A stretch of DNA of 63,615 bases, the filler included, from Collodictyon triciliatum (taxonomy: Eukaryota): the NCBI GenBank assembly GCA_043381765.1. It is 6 parts of 6 records of this genome, joined end to end, with 100 filler letters (N's around TTAATTAATTAA, not from the genome) between each part and the next. Parts side by side here need not be neighbours in the genome. Positions count along the whole stretch, not along the records: positions 11,855 to 23,592 come from JBHJMP010002324.1; positions 23,693 to 35,427 come from JBHJMP010002327.1; 4 more parts are not named here. One strand, written 5' to 3'. Position numbers and translations under genes: made by a program. The notes under the pieces are model-generated. The model worked only from the letters and a program-made list of their open reading frames with translations, did no database searches and was not told the DNA's origin. Shown piece by piece: positions 13,337 to 27,154 of the stretch (position 1 is the first letter of the stretch; each line of letters opens with the position of its first letter).

Positions 13337-15846
13337 TTTCTTCTGCAAGTTATGTTGTCTGTGCTATTCATTTATGGTGGCTTTTCAGTTTTAGTTTGTA
13401 AGAGGACATGCAATGATAGAAGATATATATTTCAGTTAAATTGAAGAACAAAAATTAATTAACTAATTAATTAATGAAATTAATGAGTTTGTTATGATAT
13501 TTAGTGAATAAAAGTGGGCTTTTGGAGGGTAGAGGAGTTTTCACACTATGTCATTCAAAAATCAATAAACTTGACCATTCATTTATCTTGACAGAGAATG
13601 AATATTAAAAATCAAAATATATTATATATTTGAAAGCTTACCCGAGAATATAAAGGAATGTTGTGGATGGTGTGAGTTCAGTCTGAAGTGCGACGATATA
13701 AAAGAACACACTATTGAGTTTATTTTCTTTTTTCTTTTTTTTTTCAAAAAGAAGTATATTCAGTCTCTTTTGTTGTTGTAGAGTTTTTTTTTTCGTCTCT
13801 ATTTTTTTCATTTGGCACAGGCTCCCAAGCAGCACACTTATTCAGACAGAGGCTCCTCCTTATGTGAGCTCGGTGGACAAGAAAATGGCTTTGTTGGGGG
13901 CAGCAAGTTTATGTCTTTTCATGGCCACGATCAAACTTGCAGTTGGCTTACACGGTTCGCAAAAGTCTGATTCGATAAGGGATCAATCACAAGGTTCCGC
14001 TTTTCGTCACAGCTGCAACAGAGACGCTCTGCTTTTGCAGTCGAGATGTGGCTACCGTTTGTCTTTTTCTTTTTCTTTTTTTTTTTTTAATATTTTTGAT
14101 TTTATTTATTTATTTTTTTTGATAGATAACTTCTGGGGATTGTTTATTGTTTGAGAAGACCAAATGACAGACGATAAAAGCGTGGTATGATGGGTATTGC
14201 AGCAGAGGGAATGAAGGGCAGTCGAGGTCTAGCCTATTGGAAAGTTGGGATGGAGTTTGAAGGCGCGTTACTTTTTTTTTTCTTGCTTCTTCCATTATTA
14301 TTTTTTTTGTGGGCATTTCCTCTTGTTTTTTGTGATGAAAGACTTTTTTCACTTCTGTTTGCCGGCGACGAAACTTCACAGGAGAAGGGAGAAGGGAGAA
14401 GGTATTGTGGGACGAGGTTTGCTTGAGTCTTTGGGTCGCTTGGTATCGCAACCGGCCTAACGACGGGACGGGTTTTGAGTGCGCCAGTATTCGGGAAGTT
14501 GCGGGGGCTTTGTTTCGTAAGCCCTGCCAATCTCCTCGGATGAAAGCGAGTGAAAGTCTCTCCTGTGCGATGGCGTGGATTGGTGAGAACGGATGGACAG
14601 CATACGGTGCGATTGATAATCACTTTCTAAGGCATGCGAGTATGTTGTTGTGAATGCCTTTGATATCGTGGCCCATACCTTCGTGAACGTGTCATGTTAT
14701 CCGGTCGAAGAGTGCTTTGCAGTGGGGGCTGTGAATGCTGAGTGTGGTACAGGTCGGAGGTCGGGATTTTCATTATTGTCTGGGGTGAATGAAACATAAA
14801 GGACTTTGAGTCTTGTATTGTGCTAGTCATTTGTTTCTTGGTTTATATATGTTTAATAGGTATAGTAAGAATCATTGGTATAGTCGATATAATCGGTATA
14901 GTCGAAATAACAAGGATAGTAGATATAATAAGGATAGTTAGATAATGGGTACAATTTATATATTCCACTGGTAGATGTGTGTGTGTGTGTTGGAAACAAA
15001 CCGAATTTGTATCAACTTCATCCGAGACGCGATAGTGCGTAAACGTCGCAGAAGACGGGGCGACTGTGTATGTGGGAGAGATGCGAGTAGGCTTCAGAGG
15101 AGGGAGCTTCCTGCAAGATAATATGCATACAACTTAAATCAAAGAAGAATCCAAAAGCACATCGGAATGGGAGGTGACAAGTATCGGCAGAATGTGCCGG
15201 ACAGCCGTTGCAGGGTGGGCAGTGAACTTTATAAAGAGATGGACATATATGTGCGTTGGCTGCGTTCCATTTCTTCAAGAGTATAGACAGACAATAATGG
15301 AGAGTCATCGGGTGTATTCGAAGCAGAGCGCTGAGATGCACCAGTGGATCGGAATGTGGCCGAGGTAGATTCTCCTTCTTTCTATGATTATTATATTCCT
15401 CCCATATTAATATTATATCGGTCACGTTTAAAAGTAACCGCTGATGAGGATATTGCCTAAGTTATGTCCAAAGCAAAAAAAAAAGCTATTTTCCTTTCAT
15501 CGAGTCAAAGATTGCAAAAAAAAAAAAAAAGAAGCTGATAATGTGAGGGCCAATGTCGGAGTGATGATATGGTTTTCTGTGCAAGATAAGGCTCTTCGCT
15601 TAGATGCCTTATCAGATTCACATAGTTGATAGAAAAAGTCGCGAGAAGGGAGTTGTGGGACAGCGTCCTTTACCATGCGTTGCTGGCGCTCACGCTCATT
15701 CCAGAAGACAAGATAGCTGCATGTTTTGGATCATTCTGTTAGATAATTGCGAAACAAAGGGCAAAAGTGCAGAGGAATCCAGTTTGAGGACACCGATGCG
15801 AAAACAGAGTGGATGGATCCGATTCGAAGTATGAGCAGGCATTCTG

Positions 15847-15891
15847 AAAAGAAAAGAAAAGAAAAGAAAAGAAAAGAAAAGAAAAGAAAAG
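15847..15891. repeat. (AAAAG)n microsatellite
   Basis: Directly visible. Confidence 0.9.
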
Positions 15892-17292
15892 ACTAACTTT
15901 TGCTCTACATTCACGTTCTCACGCCAAATCTGACTGTCTGCAGCTGTGGAGATCATCTTTTGCGGTGGGATGGAAGAGTGGGGCACCGCAGTCGGCTGTG
16001 GGATCGCCTTTTTCTTTGTTGTTGTTGCGTCCGACTTTCTACAAAGGGAACTGAATCAGAAGAAGAAAAAAAAAACATGTAGAAGGGAGAAGGAAGAGAA
16101 AGGAAGAGAAAGGAAGAAAAAGAGAGAAAAAAAGAGTCAGGCACTCTCATGTTTCGAAAAGAAGCACGCACGACACAAATGCACGCCCAACTGGCAGAAA
16201 GAAGAAGGCTTTGTTTTTTGGGTGGAAAGAAAAAGAAAAAGAAAATAGAAAGGAGAGAAAGTTGTGAGTGTTCGTATAGGTTGCCACGGATCTTTTTGGC
16301 GGACGTGTGATCACGTGGGCGGTTCGCTTCCTGTCGCAGAGGCCTTCGCAGCCGACTGTGTTGATGGCCGACTCGGTTTGTCTGATTCTTGCCATCGGGT
16401 TTCTTGGCAGGATCGAGCAATCCACAAATGAGAAAAACGGTTTCCTATTCAGGTCTTCCCAACGAAAAGTATATGTGGAAATTATCAACATAATATATTA
16501 TTTTGATTAATTTGATCCATAATGACTTTTTATTACTTAATTTTTAATGTAGATATATATCATATCCGAACAATACATGAGTGCAACAATGCACTCGGTG
16601 AGGAAGAAAGAATCTCGGAAATACGGTACGGAACATCATGACGCATGCGTTGTGCGCGTGTCTGCAACCACAAAGACACAAAACAGGGTCTGGCTGCATA
16701 TAAGACACAACACTCTTTCTCTCCACTTCTTTTGTTCTGCAAACACGCTTTAGTCAGCAGGCAGGGGCGAGCGTCAGCAAACAACCGTCCGCGTAGGCAA
16801 CTCTCACTCCCAATGCAAAGCTTACTTGGTCATTCCCTCCATGTAATAAAATGTAATAAGTAATAGTTGCACACTCTTCTATATTAGCGTATCAGTCCTT
16901 TTTACTTTATTAGCTTAATAATTTATTAGTTTTATAAGTATGGTATTATGCATTTTTATTAGTCGTTGTCGAGGATACAACGCACAGTATACTTCCATCC
17001 TGCTTCGTTGTGCGTCATACAAGCCCGATCGCTGACTCGTCAACCAATCTCTGCCCTTTTCTTTCTTCTTTTTTTCCTTTCTCTTTGCTACTGCGTGGTT
17101 GTTCAAACATTTTGCCTCCCCTCTCACAATCTCACTGCTCAACGAAATGGCAGTGAAGCGGGAGAAATGAAAAGAAAAACGGAGCCCCATTCTCTGTCCA
17201 CTTACGCTTCCGACAACCCTTCGTTTCTTTCCCACGGACGAAATCAAAGCCCTCCTTTTTCACATAGCGTAGCACAACACTGAGCATCAGAC

Positions 17293-19109
<1,817 letters not shown>

Positions 19110-19599
19110 TTGAATCAGTGACCGATTTTTACTTTGAATGGGCTCTTTATTTTTCCTTTCCTCTTTCTGAACGCAATCCTTACCCCACCAAAAACTCAAG
19201 CTCAGTTATTCTTTCGTCATTGTTCAACAACGGGATTCATGGGAACACTGCTACTGAAGCGTTTTGTTTGCTTGCTTTTACTAACATCGCAATGATATCT
19301 TTCATGATGCATATGTGTATTCCCACAAGAAGTTCTGGCCATCTGACACTACCTGTCTTTTCACCTTCTGGGATTTCTCCTCCAGCAAGTATTTATTCGC
19401 TGCTGGAGATGTTTGAGAAGTTCCACGAAATGATATCACCTGTCGAACATCCCCTCTCCATTAACCAACAATTGCCTGCATTTATTGCTTTAGAGCGCAA
19501 TAGAACACAATAAATGAGCAATTTAGGTCTCTGTGAATAGCACAGTTTCTATCGGATAGCACAAATTCCCTCCTTTTTCATTTCATCGACTGTTTTTTT

Positions 19600-20240
19600 T
19601 TCCTTTCAATTTGTGCAGGATGGTGGAGATGTTGGCTTTGGTTCGCTGGCCATCGTTTGCATGGACGCTACTTGGTGTCTGGGTGGCGGAGAAGTAGTCG
19701 GTAATCAGGAATTGCATCCTGCAGTTTGGCCTGTAGCCCGAGTCTTGTGCTTGCATGAGAGATACAAGGCGAGGTTTGATATCTTTCATGGCTTCTTTCT
19801 ACATGTCTCTTCTCACAGGGTCTGAGTAATAAAGAACGTGCAGGTGGCGAAGAAAGCTGTTGAGGAAAGAGATTTGTATGATGTCGTTAAGCCTGTTATC
19901 AGGAATGGGTGGCTGGTTGTTGAGTCTTGCTTTGCGTGAGTATATGCGCGCTATCCACATAGTCTATAGCAAATGGCCTCACGTCACTGCCCAGAATGTT
20001 TTTGCCTCTGGACGCAGCTGTTGCAGAGGCCCAAATATCGCCTGGATTGGGCAAACAGCCGCAGCCGTCTTGAGTGTCAGTCGAAGAATCTCACCGGCTG
20101 TTTCGCGCAGGTTTTGAGCGAAGGGACATTGCACAAACGTGTGCTCAATGGATTCATCACCGTTGCTGCAAAGTGTGCATTGTTGGGAGACTTTGACAGC
20201 TTTTGCCGCGCGTGTGCCTATCCATAGCTCCCTATTAATG
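19600..20240 (-). mobile_element. Degenerate 3' remnant of an L1/Tx1-like non-LTR retrotransposon (zf-RVT zinc knuckle)
   Basis: CTLCSNGDESIEHTFVQCPFA fits the CxxC-x(4-5)-E-x3-H-x4-C C-terminal motif of L1/Tx1 ORF2, followed by TMWIAR (W-x-x-R) and in-frame stops. No RT domain upstream. Confidence 0.7.
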
Positions 20241-22686
20241 AGATGGCATAAAGCAGCAAAAAACACTGCCAAAACAAAATTAATGCAAACCATATCATAA
20301 CAAAAAAAGGAAATGATTCACTCTGTATGATATCGACCATATAATATTTTGTGTTCTCTTATGACTGCGGCACGTGAAAAAAAATGAACGAGCATGGGTT
20401 GTATGTTATGCCACCCCGCCTAGTAGTGTATATCCAGAACAAGATTATGTCTTATGGTATATGTCCAGTGATAGGTAGCATTCAGGGGCGTCCATTCAGA
20501 TGTGTGCTCCATCAAGACGGATTGAACACAGTTCTATTATATTCATAAATCTAAAGCTTCTGGAAACACATACCATTTTTTTACTTTCTGCTTTTTTGTA
20601 TCATAAATCATCGTGTGCAAAGCGACTGGGCAAATAAAAATAAAGCAAAAAATAAGAATATTTGACACTGCCTTTGCTTTACACCCCAAAAAACACGTCT
20701 GATATGCTTCGCTTCGCTAATCACTTGTATTTCTTCTATTCTCTTGTTTTTTTCATAGAGCTCATATTTGTTTGGTGCTTTTATTCGCCCTTTTTTCTAC
20801 TGTTGTATATTAACGCGTGATTTCATTTGGTGTTTTTTTCTACAGTGTTATATCGAGAAAGTATATCCGTAGAAACCGTTTTTACCTGCGGGCACATAAC
20901 CTTTACACAGGCTAATTTTGAAAGATTTTATTATGTTTTTATCTTGATTAATGCAGATGGAGTTTAAAATGATGAATAGCGTAATAACTAAATATTGTTT
21001 ATCAATATGTATAGACACAGTCACATGAAAATTTTTAATAGGCAGCCAACTTATATGACTTTTTGGAGGGTGCTTATTGTATGGATAGGTTGGTTTCTTT
21101 GTACCGAATATTTTATAGATGTATAATCTGATTTACCATTTTAATACCCATTCGGACTTGAATACCGTATATAAGCAACATATTACAACCAATATATTGA
21201 TATTCTTTTTAATGGCAAAAATTAATCAAATGCAATCAAAAATTAAAAATTCTCGTAATAAATCAATTTGAACAGGATATTGCCAATACTGTCAGTAACT
21301 CTTTTGTAATTATGAAATAAATATTTAATTGCTTTCATAAGTATGTATACGATAAAGAATGCTAACAGCGCAAGACTATCTTACATCTATGAGATATTAG
21401 TTGTAAATTGATCATTCAGCTTATCGAGCAAGATTAATACATTACGAACCAAATAAACACAGCACACATATGTAATATATTCAAACAAAATATTTTTGAT
21501 TATATGCCATGGCTAGTGCATTGTTGGCTTTGTATATGTAATCATCGTGCGTTGAATAATCAAAATACAGTCCCTAGGAGACTGGAATATCGATAATGTA
21601 ATTCACTTAGAAATTATTAATAAATCAATACTCCATGAGACACGGTAGCTGTGACTTTGACCACGGAGTCCAGAGCACGGCGTAAAGGCTTGACTTTGTA
21701 AATTATTATTTTCTCTCTTTTTAAATTTGTGTAACCCTCGATTGTTTGACCTGGCATAGTAATATATTGTTTAGATGCATTAAGTAATCATACACATAAT
21801 ATACATGATAATTGTGATGCCAGAAAACTAATATAAATCAGCTAAAGAACGTTGGTAGTTATGAGACCCTGAAGAGGAACCAAGCCGACATAAAAACCCC
21901 AAGAGAGCTGTGTTACTGTCATATGATATTTCTTGGGACGCTAATCTTACAAATAAAAGTAAGAAATCAAAAGCATATAAAGCCTATCTCATAAATTACA
22001 AGCGTAATATCAAAAAATGGGATGATAAAACTTTAGATAGAATTATCCTAACAAATAACAACTTTAAACAAAAAAATCCAAAAAAAATTAGGGAATCCAC
22101 CAAAACATCATCGCACAAATGAAATACCTAACACACGACATAGAAAACATAAATAAATTACATCTCAAACTTTCAGAATATTATTTTTGGTATAATTGTG
22201 AATAATTGCAAGATTGCACCAACCACAACATAACCAAATATAAGAAAAATCACTGTGTTTTTGTTTTACTTTTCAATCCCTTACTCAACCTCACCACTAA
22301 TTGTTGTAATATATCATAGTCTTTACTTAAATAACACTCGCGTTGAAGAATACAATAAATGCCTGACATAGACAGGTAATAAAATTCCTTGAAATCGTTT
22401 TTAAGGTAACTGATTTGTGAGTACTTTTATCAACCCGACAATTTTACCTGCCCTTCTGTCAGTCTGGAACACAATATGAACCCGCGTTGGAGTTTTTTTT
22501 TTTTTATTTACAACAGAATATGATGTCGGCGCCCGTGACTACAATATTAAAACCATCTTGGATTTAACCCACTTCAGGAATAAAAGTATATGTAAAAACA
22601 CTTTGCTATCTTTCTTTTTCAACAACCGGTATATCTTATCTTACATTCCTATTCATATCTTTCTATCTATCTTTTATTTTTTATAA

Positions 22687-23039
22687 ACAAAAAAATCCAA
22701 CTACATAAAGTTCAAGTTTTCCACTGTCTCATCCGTATCTCGTGTTTGTCCTAGAGGCGCAGGCAGCACCTCGACTTCGTTTTCTGTTAGTGAATAGTTG
22801 AAATGAAACCAAGAAAAATAAAAAACTGCTACGCGGAATCAATTAAAAGCAACATAACTCATATGTACAAAACCATCTTCATCGAATTTTTTTCTCTATT
22901 ATAAATATGTTTTTGGTTTCATTTCAACAGTTTATTGAGAGAAAACAAAGCCGAGGAAACCGCCTTCGCTTCTAGGAAGATAATGAGCTGTGGACGAGAC
23001 AGTGGAAAACCCCGGATTGTGTGGTTGGAGTTTTTGTGT
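22687..23039. repeat. Long imperfect inverted repeat (~135-nt arms, ~85-nt AT-rich loop)
   Basis: Left arm GTTTTCCACTGTCTCATCC...TCCTAGAGGCG...CCTCGACTTCGTTTTCT...GTTGAAATGAAACCAA (22687-22820) matches the reverse complement of 22906-23039 (TTGGTTTCATTTCAAC...AGAAAACAAAGCCGAGG...CGCTTCTAGGA...GGACGAGACAGTGGAAAAC). Confidence 0.9.
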
Positions 23040-23276
23040 CTTAGAAGGAAAGAGGAAAAAAATAGAAAATAGAAAGGACAGAGAAAGTGTTCTCACACGC
23101 AGACTATTCTACCCGAGGTGAATCAGCTTCAAGGCGATTTCTGGTTGTATTCGAGACTGACAGAAGTGTGGATAAAGTTGTCGGGTCGATGAAAGTACGC
23201 ACATGGCAGTTACTTCTCATATCGATTCCGACGAATCCTTTCAATCGTCTATCTCAAACAAGGTTTACATCCTATT

Positions 23277-23592
23277 TCATTCCACTGGATGAGTCTTTTG
23301 AGGGGACAACGGGTCACTTTCCTTGCGTTTCTTGCTGGGCGACTCAGACGGAAAGCGATACATCGTTGTTTGTCTGGAATTATCGGAAGTGTCGCTTGAC
23401 CGTCCCCTGGTTTCGAGACCATGCGTAGCTGGCAGTGGACTTTGCTTAACCGGAGTATGGATACGCGCTTGTGGTTTTAGAAACATACGCTCCTGCTTGC
23501 TCGGACTGTCTTTGGTGTGTGAAGTTCCAAGCTTGGATTCGACTTGTGCTGTTTGTTCATGTTCCTTGGTTCTCGGTGCGCCGGGCTGGGAC
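23277..23592 (-). CDS. Probable last exon of a 5'-truncated hypothetical protein (S/P/K-rich, NLS-like PSKKRK)
   Basis: Open frame runs from the contig end to TGA at 23277-23279; GC higher than the flank. No recognisable domain. Confidence 0.4.
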
Positions 23593-23692
23593 NNNNNNNN
23601 NNNNNNNNNNNNNNNNNNNNNNNNNNNNNNNNNNNNTTAATTAATTAANNNNNNNNNNNNNNNNNNNNNNNNNNNNNNNNNNNNNNNNNNNN
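23593..23692. other. Artificial contig linker
   Basis: 44N-TTAATTAATTAA-44N. Confidence 0.99.
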
Positions 23693-23955
23693 AAAGGAAT
23701 AAAAAGGAATAAAAAGGAATAAAAAGGAATAAAAAGGAATAAAAAGGAATAAAAAGGAATAAAAAGGAATAAAAAGGAATAAAAAGGAATAAAAAAGCAA
23801 TAAAAACAATAAAAAACAATAAAAAACAATAAAAAACAATAAAAAACAATAAAAAAACAATAAAAACAATAAAAACAATTAAAAACAATTAAAAACAATT
23901 AAAAACAATTAAAAACAATTAAAAACAATTAAAAACAATAAAAAGGAATAAAAAG
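23693..23955. repeat. 10-mer tandem array (AAAAAGGAAT)n grading into (AAAAAACAAT)n/(AAAAACAATT)n
   Basis: Directly visible. Confidence 0.95.
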
Positions 23956-24061
23956 AGTCAAAACTGAAAACGAATTTTAAAAATAAGACTGCATATATAA
24001 AAAAAATCTCACATTCCTTTTGTAAACACCCAGATCATTCGACTGAATCAGCCACCCCAAG

Positions 24062-25264
24062 ATGCTCTCGGCTTATCTCTTCGGACTGTTTGTAATGGTC
24101 TCTTTGAACTTTCCTCAGACGATATGCACAAAAGGTGCTGCTCTCCAGCCCGTATCCAGCGAGCGACCAGAGACTGAGCCATGCCCGCCCTCCGATCTTG
24201 TGGATCTCAAAACGATAGCTCAACAGCATGGCATTTATGTCGAAGTCGATCTCCGGTACTCTTGGGAGCACAACTTTGTTGGCAGGCGCATGCCTGGCTA
24301 CGAAGAGCCTGACGCATGCTTGCTTAGGAAGCACGCAGCCCTGGCGCTTTTAGATGCAGCCAAAAAGCTTCAATCCATGGAGTTTGTAGCGGCCCAAGTC
24401 TTTGGAGGCTCCTCCTCTGAAAAGGTCAAGCTGCACTTCCGAGTTTACGATTGCTACAGACCTCAACGAACGGTAGACTATTTCGCCTCCTGGGCAAACA
24501 ATACACTAGACGATACCATGAAGTCCTATTTCTATCCGACTGTCCCGAAAGAGAGCCTCTTTTCTGAGGGATACATCGCGCTGCGCTCTGGGCATACCCG
24601 TGCCTCTACTATAGACCTCTCTTTGGTTGCCACACCACCAGACCCAAACAATCCAAGACAAAACCCAGACCCCTTTCTGCTGGGCCTCACTTTTGAACCT
24701 TGCTTCCTACCTCTTCCGATTAGACCCCACGACGCTGCGTTAGATATGGGGACGTCCTTTGATTGTTTTCACCCTGCTTCCCACACCGCATCTACAGGAA
24801 CAACATACTTGAACTCGACGATAACCTTCCCGTCAAACGTCTTATTCAACCGGAGACTTCTCAACGATACCCTTTCGGAATTTGGCTTCGTAAACTATCC
24901 TCTTGAATGGTGGCACTTTACTTACCCGACACAAGGTCTCTACTACGATTTTCCAATTAGGAAGGAAGCGTACCGCTCTGCTTTGGTCGGGTGCCCCCCT
25001 GTTGATGCAGCAGACTCTCTGCCATCTCTTTCTCCATCTTCAAAAAGCAACTCCTCACCATACCACCTTTCTTCCCTGGCCATCGCCCTGATTTCATTCA
25101 TCTCATTCTTTCTTTTCGCTGTTGTGCTGATTATATGGCACTTAACACACCGCCAAGCGAGAAGGCCTTCACTATATTCCCGTTATAAGGCATACGACGG
25201 TATTTTGATATACATGCATTCATATTGGATAGGATTGTATTCTCTTCCTTTTGTTCCCTCTTGA
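24062..25264 (+). CDS. VanX/DdpX-type D-alanyl-D-alanine dipeptidase (peptidase M15D) with signal peptide and C-terminal TM helix
   Basis: Single 400-aa ORF with DLRY...NFVGR, YDCYRPQR, SGHTRASTIDL, DMGTSFDCF, NRRLL and FVNYPLEWWHFTY. Hydrophobic N-terminus, Ser-rich linker, then LAIALISFISFFLFAVVLIIW followed by basic residues. Confidence 0.93.
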   Translation: MLSAYLFGLFVMVSLNFPQTICTKGAALQPVSSERPETEPCPPSDLVDLKTIAQQHGIYVEVDLRYSWEHNFVGRRMPGYEEPDACLLRKHAALALLDAAKKLQSMEFVAAQVFGGSSSEKVKLHFRVYDCYRPQRTVDYFASWANNTLDDTMKSYFYPTVPKESLFSEGYIALRSGHTRASTIDLSLVATPPDPNNPRQNPDPFLLGLTFEPCFLPLPIRPHDAALDMGTSFDCFHPASHTASTGTTYLNSTITFPSNVLFNRRLLNDTLSEFGFVNYPLEWWHFTYPTQGLYYDFPIRKEAYRSALVGCPPVDAADSLPSLSPSSKSNSSPYHLSSLAIALISFISFFLFAVVLIIWHLTHRQARRPSLYSRYKAYDGILIYMHSYWIGLYSLPFVPS

Positions 25265-26321
25265 GAGGGCTTTCTTAATCTTAACCCCTTATGCACGATG
25301 CACCATCGGATAACGCCGTCATTTTGTGCTTAGGGCGCATCAATTTCTCCACCGCTGAGTGATTAGCCAAAGGCGCCTTACTCCATATTTCTCTGCCCAG
25401 TTAGAGTGTGTTCCTTTCCCTTTCCCTTTCCCTTCCCCTTTCGTTTCATTTCCTTTTTTTTTAAAAAAAAAAAATAATCTCTCGTATTACCTGAATAAAG
25501 CGGGGTTGATTGCTTGGGGAGTGCTGTCTCTCGAAGCAAGACAATATTCTGTGTATCCGAAGGTGGGGACAGGCCGCTGTGCGAAAAATCTATGTCGTCA
25601 TAATTATATATCTGGAAACTATATGGTATATTAATTAATGAGATATGCTGCCATTTCAAAGACATCTAAACCTAACATATATCTAGAATGTTAACAAATA
25701 TGTTGATAAAGTAAACTATAATGTACATTGTGGCGATTCCCGAACATGACCATATTCTCTGCTTTTGATTGCCTATACATATAACAATGACATATTTGTT
25801 TTTTGTTTTGTCCAAATAGTGAAATACCTCACACATTTCTGGATAAATACACATACAGATTCTTTCTTTGAAACCTCTGCTGAATTCAAGCCTTGGCCTC
25901 AGCTTTTGGTTTCCGGCTTGATTGGCGCTTGGATGCTGGCCAAATAATCACAAATCTCTTCTGTTTGGCCACTCGCGCTCCGCCCGCTCCCAACCTGCCC
26001 GCAGCACCCGGTAACGAAGACGGCACCGAAACCCGAAGCCGACCAGCCACCACGGCCCCTCCCCCCTTATCTCCTCCTACGCCCCTCTTGTCCTCTCTCA
26101 GCCGCGAACCCCTTCCGAGAAGATCGGAGCGTTTCGATCCGGCCACCAGCTTCCCCTCCACGCCTTGTATATTTCTTGGCCGCTCCTGCAAGGACACGTG
26201 ACCTTCGCCTCCAAAGGAAAACCCGCACACTCGAAACTTTCCAAGCGCCGGACTGCCTCCTAACCTCTTGTTTCTGCAACCACACAGCTTCCGACAGCAA
26301 ACAAACCCCACAGCCTTGAAA

Positions 26322-26746
26322 ATGGTCCACAGCGATATCTGGAACTCCCACCCCCGCAAGTTCGGCCCTGGAAGCCGCGTCTGGTAGGCTCGTGTCTCCA
26401 GTTCCCCTTGCCCACCGCAACTTGCTTACCAGCCCCTCTTTTCCCTTGGAATCTAACAGTTCCACTTTTGTCTGCCCCAACCCTCCCCTTGTTTCGCCAC
26501 TCAACGCTTGATGATGCTTCTTAGCCGCGTCTGCGGAAACGGCCACGGAATCATCCGCAAGTACGGCCTCAACATCTGCCGCCAGTGCTTCCGCACATAT
26601 GCCAACGACATTGGCTTCCACAAGGTTTGCTCGTTCCTTCGTTCCTTCCTTCTCTCCCTCCCACTCGCAAAGTCCGAAATACCTCTGGGCAAAAAGCTGC
26701 TATACTTACCTCTCCCTTTTCCCTCCTCCCCCTTCAGTACCGATAA
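26322..26746 (+). CDS. RPS29: 40S ribosomal protein S29 (uS14), 3 exons: 26322-26383, 26525-26624, 26738-26746
   Basis: Spliced 56 aa [56 protein letters not shown] with the C2-C2 zinc finger; canonical GT-AG introns. Confidence 0.98.
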
Positions 26747-27154
26747 ATGACCCCAAGGAGACCGCAAAAGCCTCGGGTTGAAGCCTGCCGTCCGATCAAA
26801 GGCTCTTCAGCCTTTCCACGCTTGTAAAAGATCCTGGCTACCTGTTTCTCTACCCACACACATAAACGGGATCAAACCAAGAACCACAACCCCTCGTCCG
26901 CAGCCAGTGTTTCGATAATGTCAATCTCTTGTGCCTTCCTCCTTCCGATCCATTCTTCATATATCTTATCGTAGTCACCGCCCAAAGCATCAGGGAGTCC
27001 AGTCCCAGACGGGATATGTGGGAGTGAGGTTGCATTTATGACATTAGTTGATCTTGCTCCGCAGTCCAAAGTCGAGGGACACGACCGTGAAGGTTGAATC
27101 ACCGCCACAAACGCCTGGGCATAGGAGAAGGCGAGAAGTTAGAGGGGTTCAATC

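Noticed and set aside
15640-15740. LLALTLIPEDKIAACF resembling a MULE transposase segment
   Set aside because: Too short, stop-bounded, with no DDE context or terminal inverted repeats.
16310-16400. MARIRQT resembling a histone H3/CenH3 N-terminus
   Set aside because: No histone-fold motif found downstream in the frames I read.
23693-23955. Tandem array at a contig start as telomere or CRISPR
   Set aside because: No spacers, units drift in sequence, and other contig ends carry different simple repeats; these are assembly break points.
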